A stretch of DNA of 64,000 nucleotides from an uncultured Acidobacteriota bacterium (GTDB lineage: Bacteria > Acidobacteriota > Thermoanaerobaculia > UBA5066 > Gp7-AA6), in the NCBI GenBank assembly GCA_963764715.1, contig CAVXTP010000006.1, positions 96,001 to 160,000 on the forward strand, written 5' to 3'. The stretch's first letter is position 1. Each line of letters opens with the position of its first letter. Below are positions 1 through 9,508 of this stretch, one piece after another. Both the position numbers and the translations under genes were made by a program. The notes under the pieces are model-generated. The model was not told the DNA's origin. It did not search any database and saw only the letters and a list, made by a program, of their open reading frames with translations.

Positions 1-1596
1 AGCGGCGTGCTGGCCGTCGGCGACGGCTTCGAGGTCCGCAACGCGCAGGACTTCTTCGGCGCCCCGGTCCTGACCGGGACCTACGGCGGTGGCTCGATCA
101 CGCTGCCGATGACCGGCCTCTCCGTCGCCGCACCGGTCGGAGTCGTCGCCCCCAACCCCACCGGGCCAGAGTTCAACGCCTTCGTCCTGCTCCCCGCCTC
201 CGGGGGAGGAGCCCCTACCGCGACGCCGACGAGAACCGGCACGGCCACGCCCACGGCGACGCGGACCGCGACCCGGACGGCCACGCCCGTTCCACCGACG
301 GCGACCCGGACGCCGACGCCTGCGCCGCCCACCGCGACGCGGACGCCGACGTCCGCGCCTCCGACGGCCACGCGCACGGCGACTCCGCCTCCGCCGACGG
401 CGACCCGGACGGCCACGTCCGTTCCGCCGACCGCGACACGGACTCCGACGCAGACGTCGACCGCGGCGCCGTCGACCCCGACGCCAACTCCGACACGGAC
501 TTCGACGCCGCCTCCGCCGACGGCGACCCGGACTCCGTCCCGGACCCCCTCGCGGACGGCGACGCCTCCGGGACCGACACCCACGCCCACCCCGGGCGTC
601 ATTCGCGTGGAAGCAGAGGCGGCCGCGATGACGGGGCCGATGGTGCCGCTGCCCAACGACCAGGCCTTCGGCGGCCAGTTCATCACTTCCGGATCGGCCA
701 ACAGCGGGACGGCCACCTGGAGCTTCGCGATTCCGACCGCGGACGACTACGTCGTGTGGTGCCGCGTGCTCGCCGCGACGCAGAGCAACGGCACGCTCTA
801 CGCCCGGGCCGACAGCGGCCCCGAGGACGTCTACGACGTGGCCCAGGGGACGTGGGGGCCCAACTGGCAGTGGACGCGGGTCAACGGCCGCGGCGCCGCC
901 GGCGTGCCGCTCACGATCAATCCCCGCACCTTCACATTCACCGCCGGGACCCACACCATCCGCCTGCGCGAACGCGATCCCCTGACCCGCGTCGACCGCG
1001 TGATCGTCACCAACGACTTCGCCTTCGTCCCCACCGAGGGCAACTCGAACGCCTTCGCCGACACGTGGCCCTCCAACCCGTTCTACGAGTTCGTCGAGAA
1101 CCTCGCGCGCAACCAGATCACCACCGGCTGCGGCAACGGGCTCTACTGCCCCGCCGCCTCCGTGACGCGCGCCCAGATGGCGGTGATGCTCTTGAAGAGC
1201 AAGCACGGCAGCAGCTACGTGCCCCCGCCCGCCACCGGCACGGTCTTCTCGGACGTCCCCAAGACCGCGTTCGCGGCCGCCTGGATCGAGCAGCTCTCCG
1301 ACGAGGGCGTCACCACCGGATGCGGCGGCGGCAAGTACTGCCCCAATGCCGGCGTCACCCGGGCCCAGATGGCCGTCTTTCTCCTGCGGGCCGCCAACCC
1401 CGCGGGATGGGCGCCGCCGGCGCCGACCGGCCTCTTCGCGGACCTCGCCCTGACCAACCCGTTCACCCCCTGGGTCGAGCAGCTCTCCGTCCTCGGAATC
1501 ACCGCCGGCTGCGGCGGCGGAAACTACTGCCCCAACAGCCCGAACACCCGCGGCCAGATGGCCGTCTTCCTCGTCCGCACCTTCGACCTCCCCTAG
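1..1596 (+). CDS. 5'-truncated secreted surface protein: C-terminal part of a beta-helix module, Pro/Thr linker, CBM-like beta-sandwich, 3 SLH-like repeats
   Basis: Frame open from base 1. The N-terminal RNAQDFFGAPVLTGTY...PTGPEFNAF matches the end of the beta-helix module in the next two genes. It is followed by a PTATRT-rich linker, an 'EAE'-starting CBM-like domain, and three ITxGCGGG(K/N)YCP...TR(A/G)QMA repeats. Confidence 0.85.
   Translation, partial: SGVLAVGDGFEVRNAQDFFGAPVLTGTYGGGSITLPMTGLSVAAPVGVVAPNPTGPEFNAFVLLPASGGGAPTATPTRTGTATPTATRTATRTATPVPPTATRTPTPAPPTATRTPTSAPPTATRTATPPPPTATRTATSVPPTATRTPTQTSTAAPSTPTPTPTRTSTPPPPTATRTPSRTPSRTATPPGPTPTPTPGVIRVEAEAAAMTGPMVPLPNDQAFGGQFITSGSANSGTATWSFAIPTADDYVVWCRVLAATQSNGTLYARADSGPEDVYDVAQGTWGPNWQWTRVNGRGAAGVPLTINPRTFTFTAGTHTIRLRERDPLTRVDRVIVTNDFAFVPTEGNSNAFADTWPSNPFYEFVENLARNQITTGCGNGLYCPAASVTRAQMAVMLLKSKHGSSYVPPPATGTVFSDVPKTAFAAAWIEQLSDEGVTTGCGGGKYCPNAGVTRAQMAVFLLRAANPAGWAPPAPTGLFADLALTNPFTPWVEQLSVLGITAGCGGGNYCPNSPNTRGQMAVFLVRTFDLP
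292..456 (+). repeat. Five degenerate 33-bp tandem repeats encoding PPTATRT(P/A)Txx within a longer Pro/Thr linker (~205-600)
   Basis: Translation PPTATRTPTPA-PPTATRTPTSA-PPTATRTATPP-PPTATRTATSV-PPTATRTPTQT. Confidence 0.85.
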
Positions 1597-1705
1597 CGCA
1601 TCCTGACCGAATGGTCAGGCGGCCCGAGCACGCCAGTCGGACTGTACCAATTCGGCATCGCCGGCCAGTGGTCTTCCGGCGGGACCGGGACGTACGCTTT
1701 CAGCT

Positions 1706-3624
1706 GTGTTCCAGCGAATTCGCACGTCGGGGAGGGCTCGTCGCTCGCGCTGTTCTGCAGCGCCGCGCTGGCCGGGGTCCCCCCGGCGTGCGGCCGCCGA
1801 TTTCTACGTGTCGCCGACGGCGAGCGCGAGCGGGACGGGCAGCATCAGCAACCCGTGGAAGCTGCAGACCGCGCTCAATCAGCCGTCGGCCGTCCATCCC
1901 GGCGACACGATCTGGCTGCGCGGGGGGACCTACACCGGCGCCCCCTTCACCAGCAATCTGAACGGGACCTCGGCGAGCCCGATCATCGTGCGCCAGTACC
2001 CCGGCGAGCGCGCCACGATCGACGGCAACTACGCCGGCGACCAGAACACGCTGACGATCATGGGCTCCTACACCTGGTACTGGGGCTTCGAGATCTTCAA
2101 CTCCGATCCGACGCGCTACACCGCCGACGGCAACAACCCCCCGCGCCGCGGCGAGGGCGTCCAGCTCTCCGGCGACGGGACGCGGATGATCAACATGATC
2201 GTCCACGACACGTCCCAGGGCGTGCTCACGGGCGAAGGCGCCACCGACGCCCGAATCTACGGAAATCTCTTCTACTACAACGGCTACGATTCGCCCGACC
2301 GGGGCCACGGCCACGGCATCTACGCCCAGAACCTCGGCTCGACGCCCAAGCCCATCTACGACAACATCATCTTCCAGCAGTTCGGCTGGGGCATCCACGC
2401 CTACGCCGAAGGCGGCCACCTCGACAACCTCGACTTCCAGGGCAACGTCTCCTTCAACAACGGCGGCCTCTCCGGCGGCTGGCACGCCAACATGCTCGTC
2501 GGCGGGCTGCAACGTCGCCACGAGCCCCAGGCTTACTTCCAACTACACCTACAACACCGGGCAAGGGAACAAGAACGACGTCGGCTACAGCGCCGGCTGC
2601 ACGAGCCCGAACATCACCGAGCAACTATTTCGCGAGCGGCGAGGCCCTCGACGTCAACAACTGCAGCTCGCTGACGGTCGCGAGCAACACCTTCTACGGC
2701 TCGACGTCGGGCTTCTCGGCATCGGGCTTCCCGAACAACACCTATTACGGTTCCACGCGGCCGACCGGCGTCAAGGTCTTCGTCCGCCCCAATGCCTACG
2801 AGGCCGGACGCGCCCACATCGTCGTCTACAACTGGGACCTCGCGCCGACGGTCAACGTCGATCTGTCGGCGATCCTCGCTCCGGGTGCTGCGTACGTCCT
2901 CCGCAACGCGCAGGATCCCTTCGGCACACCGGTTCTTTCGGGCACCTACAACGGCGGCGCGCTGGCAGTCCCGACGACCGGCCTCGCGCCGGCGACGCCC
3001 GTCGGCGTTCCGGCTCCTGACCCCACCGGGCCCGAGTTCAACGTCTTCATTCTGACGAGCACGCCCGGTCCCTACGAGTTTCTGGACGTGCCGCCGACGA
3101 GTCCCTTTCACGACGCAATCCACACGCTCGCGTCGAACGGAATCACCGCGGGATGCGGCAACGGCAAGTTCTGTCCGAACGACTCGATCACGCGGGCCCA
3201 GATGGCGGTCTTCCTCCTGAAGACCAAGCACGGCGCCGCGTATGCTCCGCCGGCCGCCTCCGGAAACGTGTTCGACGACGTGCCCTCGAACGCTTTCGCC
3301 GCCGCGTGGATCGAGCGGCTCGCCGCGGAGGGAATTTCCTCGGGCTGCGGCGGAGGCAACTTCTGCCCGAACTCGTCCGTGACGCGGGCGCAGATGGCAG
3401 TGTTCCTTCTCAAGACGGATCTCGGGTCGGCCTATGCGCCACCCGCGGCGTCGGGAGACGTTTTCGTGGACGTGCCCGCGAGCTCCTTCGCCGCCGCGTG
3501 GATCGAGGATCTGGCGGGCCGGGGCATCACGTCCGGCTGCGGCGGCGGAAAGTACTGCCCGTCGAGCGTCACCACGCGCGGACAGATGGCCGTGTTTCTC
3601 GTATCGACCTTCTCGCTTCAATAG
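1706..3624 (+). CDS. Secreted right-handed beta-helix (pectin-lyase-like fold) protein with 3 C-terminal SLH-like repeats; frameshifted near 2510 and 2620, and probably in the signal peptide
   Basis: ORF 1706-2674 gives DFYVSPTAS...PGDTIWLRGGTY...RQYPGERATIDGN...DRGHGHGIY. ORF 1855-3624 gives the C-terminal SLH repeats (GCGGGNFCP..VTRAQMA). Confidence 0.8.
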
Positions 3625-3690
3625 TTTCGAGCCTCAGGCCTTCCTGAAGGGAAGCTCCCGGGGCGGGCGCGGCGTTATCATCGACGGCCT

Positions 3691-6600
3691 ATGAAAAAGT
3701 CGATGTCGGCCTGCCTGCTGGCCGGAGCGCTGCTCGCGCTGCCCCTCCCGGCGGCCGACTTCTACGTCTCTCCGACGGCTTCCTCCTCCGGCGACGGAAG
3801 CCAGTCCAACCCGTGGACTCTCGGCAAGGCGCTGGCCCACCCCTCCACCGTGAAGCCTGGCGACACGATCTGGCTCCGGGGCGGGACTTACAAGGGAAAC
3901 TTCGCGAGCTACATCAAGGGCGAGGCCAGCAAGCCGATCGTCGTTCGTCAGTATCCCGGCGAGCGAGCGACCATCGACGGCAATGGCAGCGGCACCTCGC
4001 CGACGTTCGACTTCCGGGGCCAGTACACCTGGTTCTGGGGATTTGAGATCACGAACTCCGATCCCACTCGGGGCTCCACAGATCCCGCCGGACCTCCTCG
4101 AGGGACGGCCGTCCTCTTTGCGAGTCCTGGATCGAAGCTCATCAACCTGGTCATTCACGACACGGGTCAGGGCGTGCTGACGCCATCCGGCGTGCCGGAC
4201 CACGAGATCTACGGCTGTCTCATCTACTACAACGGGACGGACGCCCCGGATCGCGGGCATGGGCATGCGATTTACGTTCAGAACGACGCGGGCTTCAAGC
4301 GGGTCATCGACAACATCCTCTTCGCCCAGTTCAGCTACGGCGTGCACGCCTACACGGAGGGAGGCGAAGCTCAACAACCTCTACTTCGAGGGCAACACCT
4401 CGTTCAACAACGGGATGCTCTCGCAGGTTTCGGGAGCGACGACGAACTTCCTGATCGGCGCCAACGGGACGCCGGCCACGAGCCCCGACTCGTCCGACAA
4501 AGTCGCCAAGAAGACCGTCCTCATCAACAATTACAGCTACTTTTCGGGCGCCGGCGGGATCGCAGTGAACCTCGGCTACAACAAGGGAATCGCTTCGCCG
4601 ACGATTCTCGACAACTATTTCGTGGGAAATACCGCCCTGGCGCTGATCAACGCCTTCCGGCCCATCCAGATGACCGGCAACACGCTCGACGGCTCGATCG
4701 GAGGCTTCCAGGCCTCGGAGTTCCCGAGCAACACCTACCTCACGTCCCGCCCGACCGGCGTCAAGGTCTTCGTTCGCCCGAACCAATACGAGCCGGGGCG
4801 GGCGAACATCACGGTCTACAACTGGGACCGTGCCCCGTCGGTCGCCGTGAGCCTCAAGGGGATCCTGAAGGCGGGCACCGCGTACGAGGTCCGCAACGCG
4901 CAGAATTTCTTCGGACCGGCGGTGCTGTCCGGGACCTACGACGGCTCCTCGAGCCTCTCGCTCCCGATGAACGGGCTCGCTCCGGCCGTTCCGGTCGGGC
5001 GTCCCGCTCCGGCTCCGACTGGACCCGACTTCCAGGTCTTCGTCGTGATGCCCAAGCCCGCCGTATCAACGGCGAAGCCGCCGGCGGCGGCGTTTTCGTT
5101 CGGTCCGCGCGGGCCCGTCGCCGGCGATCCGGTGGTCTTCACCGACCTTTCGGCGGGAGGCGCCTCCGCGCGCACATGGGACTTCGGGGACCCGGGGTCC
5201 GGCGGCCAGAACACGTCCGATGCCGTGCAGGCGGGGCACACGTTTTCCGGCGAGGGAACCTACACCGTCCGTCTGACCGTCTCGAACGACGGCGGCTCGA
5301 GCACGCGGTCGCGCGAGGTCGCGGTGACCTCCTCGCCCGGATCCCGCCAGGCCGGGCTGACCGTCGCGGGCCACGTACGGGGGGCCACGGGGACGACGTT
5401 CCTCACGGACCTCTGCATTCAGAATCCGAGCGCCGACGACGTTTCGGCGCAGCTCTCTTTTTCGCCGAGCAGCGGCGACCCTCCGCTCGAAACGACGCTG
5501 TCCCTGGCCGCCGGCGAGACCCGCGTCCTGACGGACGTGGTCGCCTCGCAGTTCGGCGTCGACAACGGCCTCGGCTCGATCCGGGCCGAGACCGAGGGAA
5601 CGCCGCCGGCCTCCCTGCGGCTCGCATCCCGCACCTACGTCGCCGACGGGGGCGGCACGCTCGGGCTCGGGACGGTCGGCTTTACGGCCGCGGACGACGT
5701 CCGGGGCGACCGCTTCCTGTCGAACATCGCGATCTCCGATGCGTTCCGGACGAACCTCGGCGCCCTCAACACGTCGGACCAGGCGCTCGGGTTCGCGCTG
5801 CAGCTCCGGGACGGGAACGGCAACGTCGTCGGCCGGACGACCCTGTCGCTGCCTGCCGGCGCCCAGCGACAGTGGGCGCTCGCCGAGCTCTTCCCCGGCG
5901 TCACGGGAACCGGCCTCACGGCCCGCCTCTCGCCCCCGGCCGGGAGCCTCGCGCCGTTCGCCTACACGGCGGTGACCGACAACGTCTCGAGCGACCCGAC
6001 CTACTACGGGGCGCTGGCGCCGTCGCCGGTCCACTACGTGCCCGGCATCGCCGGAATCACGGGTTTCGGCAACGCCTACTTCCGCAGCGAGATCTCGATC
6101 GCCAACAGCGGTCACGGGCCGGCCACCGTCCGGGTGACGTTCCTCGAGCACGACCGGAACAACACGACCGCGCCGGCCTCGACCTTCGTGCTCGCGCCCT
6201 ACGAGACGTTCCATGCGGACGACGCGCTGCAGACGCTCTTCGGCGTGACCGAGACCTACGGCGCGCTCCGCGTCGAAACCGACACTTCGCCGGGAGTCAC
6301 CGTCTTCGAGCGGATCCTGACGGATTCCACCACGACGGCGGGCACCGTCGGGCAGCAGGTCGACGCGCTCCCGGCGGAAGACCTTCAGGCCCGCGGGGCC
6401 CTGCTCGGGGTCCGCCAGGACGACGCCTTCCGCTCCAACATCGGTCTCCTGAACCCGAACCCCGCGGTCGCCACCATCACCCTGACCCTGATCCGACCGC
6501 CCTCCACGCACCTCGGCTCCGCCACGGTCCACGTGGCGCCCTGGGGCTACGTCCAGCGCAACTTCGCCGCGCTCTTCCCGTCCGCCGCGCTCGACACGGG

Positions 6601-6709
6601 GGAGGTCGTGTCGCTCGACGTCGACGGCGGCGGCCAGCCCGTGTTCGCCTTCGCGTCGGTCATCGACAACGCCTCGCAGGACCCGACTTACTTCCCCGAG
6701 CTGCCCTGA
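3691..6709 (+). CDS. Secreted beta-helix protein with PKD domain and duplicated C-terminal domain of unknown function; frameshift near 4365
   Basis: Signal peptide MKKSMSACLLAGALLALPLPAA followed by the same beta-helix motifs as the upstream paralogue. PKD signature WDFGD...HTFSGEGTYTVRLTVSN lies in ORF 4259-6709. Confidence 0.85.
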
Positions 6710-6727
6710 CCCCCCGCCCGGCGGGGG
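6710..6727 (+). terminator. Possible GC-rich hairpin after the third beta-helix gene (no U-tract)
   Basis: CCCCCGCC-C-GGCGGGGG inverted repeat immediately after the stop codon. Confidence 0.3.
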
Positions 6728-6741
6728 CGGCTTGACTCCCC

Positions 6742-6750
6742 TGTTAGCAT
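6742..6750 (+). promoter_or_regulatory. Putative extended -10 promoter (TGTTAGCAT) for a leaderless GT2 transcript
   Basis: TGn-TAGCAT ends 6 nt before ATG 6757; no Shine-Dalgarno sequence. Confidence 0.5.
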
Positions 6751-6756
6751 CTTGAA

Positions 6757-7713
6757 ATGGCAACAACCGACGCAAAGTCGGGGGCTTCCGGGCCCTCGGT
6801 GAGTATCGGCCTGCCCGTGTACAACGGCGAGGAATTCCTGGAGGACGCGCTCGCCTCGATCGCCGCGCAGACCTTTTCGGATTACGAGGTCATCATCTCG
6901 GACAACGCGTCCTCCGACGCCACGCCCGAGATCGCGCAGCGCCACGCCGCGCGGGATGCGCGCATCCGTTACCACCGGAACCCGGCCAACATCGGGGGCG
7001 ACCGCAACTACTCCCGGTGCATCGAGCTTTCCCGGGGGAAATACTTCCTGGGCGTCGCCCACGACGATCGGCTTCATCCCGACTATCTCCGCCGCGTGGT
7101 GGAAGTGATGGAGGGGGACCCCTCGGTCGTGTTCTGCCACGCCCGCGCGAGCCGGATCGACGGCTCGGGCGAGGTCGTCGACACCTACGACCCCCATCCC
7201 TTCTCGACGTCCTCCCGGCCCGCGGAACGCTTCCGCGACGCCATCAGCCAGCGCCCGGTGATCGCGCACCTCGGGATGATCCGAACGAGCGTGCTGCGTG
7301 CGATGCCGCCTCTCGTCGTCTACCCGGCCTCCGACTCCTACTGGCAGGCCGAGTTCGCCCTCCGGGGCAGGCTCGTGGAGATTCCGGAGCCGCTCTTCTA
7401 TCGGAGGGTCCACGTCCGGAGCGGCGGCACCATTCCCCTGCACGAGCGGATCCGCTGGTCGGACCCGTCGAAGGCGGGCACGGTCATCTTCCCGGCGTGG
7501 CGGCGCCCCACGGAGTATGCCCGCTCCGTCATGCGAGTGTCGCTGGCCCCGGGCGAGCGTCTCCAGTGTCTGGCCGAGATCGCCCGCTACCAGTGGCAGC
7601 GCGGTCTCTGGCCCCTGCTGCGCGACGTCAAGTCGGCCGCGAAAACCCTCCTCGGCCGCTCCTCGCTCGGCCGGGGGCTCCTCGAGACGTGGAGGCGGGT
7701 GCGCGGGCGCTGA
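6757..7713 (+). CDS. Glycosyltransferase family 2
   Basis: VSIGLPVYNGE...ISDNASSDAT...AHDD motif. Confidence 0.92.
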   Translation: MATTDAKSGASGPSVSIGLPVYNGEEFLEDALASIAAQTFSDYEVIISDNASSDATPEIAQRHAARDARIRYHRNPANIGGDRNYSRCIELSRGKYFLGVAHDDRLHPDYLRRVVEVMEGDPSVVFCHARASRIDGSGEVVDTYDPHPFSTSSRPAERFRDAISQRPVIAHLGMIRTSVLRAMPPLVVYPASDSYWQAEFALRGRLVEIPEPLFYRRVHVRSGGTIPLHERIRWSDPSKAGTVIFPAWRRPTEYARSVMRVSLAPGERLQCLAEIARYQWQRGLWPLLRDVKSAAKTLLGRSSLGRGLLETWRRVRGR

Positions 7714-7727
7714 TAGCCTGCGCCCCG

Positions 7728-8978
7728 ATGAACGCCATGAATGCTTCGCCCGCGCAGCGGTGCCGATTCTGCGGGACACCGCTCGAGCGCGTGTTCATCG
7801 ACCTCGGCATGTCCCCTCTCTGCGAGACGTTCCTGCGGCCCGAGGAGCTCAACCGCATGGAGCCGTTTTACCCGCTGAAGGTCTGGGTCTGCGAGTCCTG
7901 CTTCCTGGTGCAGCTCCAGGAATACGTCTCCCCGGCCGAGATCTTCACGGAGTACGCCTACTTCTCGTCGTTCTCGACCTCGTGGCTCGAGCACGCGAAG
8001 GCCTACACCGACATGGCGGTGGCCCGGTTCGGCCTGGGGCCGTCCTCGCGGGTCGTCGAAATCGCGAGCAACGACGGATACCTTCTCCAGTACTTCGTCG
8101 AGAAAGGCGTTCCCGTGCTCGGCGTCGAGCCCGCGGCCAACGTCGCGAAGGCGGCGGTCGAACGCGGCGTGCCGACCGTCGTGCGCTTCTTCGGCCGCCA
8201 GACCGCCGGGGACCTCGTGAAGAGCCACGGGACGGCGGACCTCATCGTCGGCAACAACGTGCTCGCCCACGTCCCGGACATCAACGACTTCGTGGGCGGG
8301 CTCAAGCTCCTCCTCTCGGCCGGCGGCGCCGTGACGATGGAGTTCCCGCACCTCTGGCGCCTGATGGACGAGAACCAGTTCGACACGATCTACCACGAGC
8401 ACTTCTCCTACCTGTCGTTCTCCACGGTCCGCGAGATCTTCGCCGCGCACGGCCTACGGCTCTTCGACGTCGAGCGCCTCTCGACCCACGGCGGCTCGCT
8501 CCGGATCTTCGCCTGCCACGCCGACGACCCGCGGCCCACGGGACCGCGCGCCGAGACCCTCGCGGCCGAGGAGCAGGAGGCCGGCTTCCGTTCCATCGAG
8601 CGGTACACGACCTTCGCGCCGCAGGTCGAGGAGACCAAGCGCGCGCTCCTCGATTTCCTGATCTCGGCGCGCCGGCGCGGCGCGTCGATCGCCGCTTACG
8701 GGGCGCCGGGCAAGGGAAACACGCTCCTGAACTACTGCGGGATCCGGACCGACTTCGTCGACTACGCAGTCGACCGCAATCCCTACAAGCACGGCCGCTA
8801 CACGCCGGGCACGCACATTCCGATCTTTCCGCCCGAAAGGATCCGCGAGACCCGGCCGGACTACGTGCTGATTCTTCCCTGGAACCTCCGGGACGAGATC
8901 GTCGGCCAGCTCGCCGGCGTGCGGGAGTGGGGAGGGAAGTTCGTGGTCCCGATCCCCCGCGTGGCGGTGATCCCCTGA
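7728..8978 (+). CDS. SAM-dependent NDP-sugar C-methyltransferase (TylCIII/TcaB9-like)
   Basis: Zn-binding CRFC...CESC, EIASNDG, FDTIYHEHFSY, THGGSLR, YGAPGKGNTLLNYCG. ATG at 7728 is in frame with ORF 7017-8978. Confidence 0.92.
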   Translation: MNAMNASPAQRCRFCGTPLERVFIDLGMSPLCETFLRPEELNRMEPFYPLKVWVCESCFLVQLQEYVSPAEIFTEYAYFSSFSTSWLEHAKAYTDMAVARFGLGPSSRVVEIASNDGYLLQYFVEKGVPVLGVEPAANVAKAAVERGVPTVVRFFGRQTAGDLVKSHGTADLIVGNNVLAHVPDINDFVGGLKLLLSAGGAVTMEFPHLWRLMDENQFDTIYHEHFSYLSFSTVREIFAAHGLRLFDVERLSTHGGSLRIFACHADDPRPTGPRAETLAAEEQEAGFRSIERYTTFAPQVEETKRALLDFLISARRRGASIAAYGAPGKGNTLLNYCGIRTDFVDYAVDRNPYKHGRYTPGTHIPIFPPERIRETRPDYVLILPWNLRDEIVGQLAGVREWGGKFVVPIPRVAVIP

Positions 8979-9508
8979 TGCGCTTCCAGGAGACGTCGCT
9001 CCCCGGCACCTTCGTCGTCGAGCCCGACCGGTTCGAGGACTCGCGGGGATTCTTCGCGCGGACCTTCTGCGCGGCGGAGTTCGTCGAGCGCGGGCTCGAC
9101 CCCCGCGTCGCCCAGGCGAACGTCTCCTTCAACGACCGCCGCGGAACGCTCCGGGGAATGCACTACCAGCGGCCGCCGCACGCCGAAGCCAAGCTCGTGC
9201 GCTGCACGCGGGGCGCCATCCACGACGTCGTGATCGACCTGCGGCGGGACTCCCCCGTGTTTCGCAGGCATTTCGCCGTGCGGCTGACCTCGGAGAACCG
9301 GACGATGCTCTACGTTCCCGAAGGCCTGGCGCACGGCTATCTCACGCTCGAGGACTCGACGGAAGTCGCCTACCAGATGTCGGTGCCGTACAGCCCGGAC
9401 CATGGCGCGGGCGTTCGCTTCGACGATCCCGCGTTCGGGATCGCCTGGCCCGAGCCGGTGCGCGTGATCGCGGAGCGCGACCGGACCTATCCGGACTTCG
9501 CGGAATGA
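8978..9508 (+). CDS. rfbC: dTDP-4-dehydrorhamnose 3,5-epimerase family (cupin)
   Basis: DSRGFFARTF, GTLRGMHYQ, KLVRCTRGAIHDVVIDLR, GLAHGY. TGATG overlap with the upstream gene. Confidence 0.92.
   Translation: MRFQETSLPGTFVVEPDRFEDSRGFFARTFCAAEFVERGLDPRVAQANVSFNDRRGTLRGMHYQRPPHAEAKLVRCTRGAIHDVVIDLRRDSPVFRRHFAVRLTSENRTMLYVPEGLAHGYLTLEDSTEVAYQMSVPYSPDHGAGVRFDDPAFGIAWPEPVRVIAERDRTYPDFAE

Noticed and set aside
215-600. Tandem repeats as a CRISPR array
   Set aside because: They are in-frame degenerate coding repeats with no unique spacers, and no cas genes are present.
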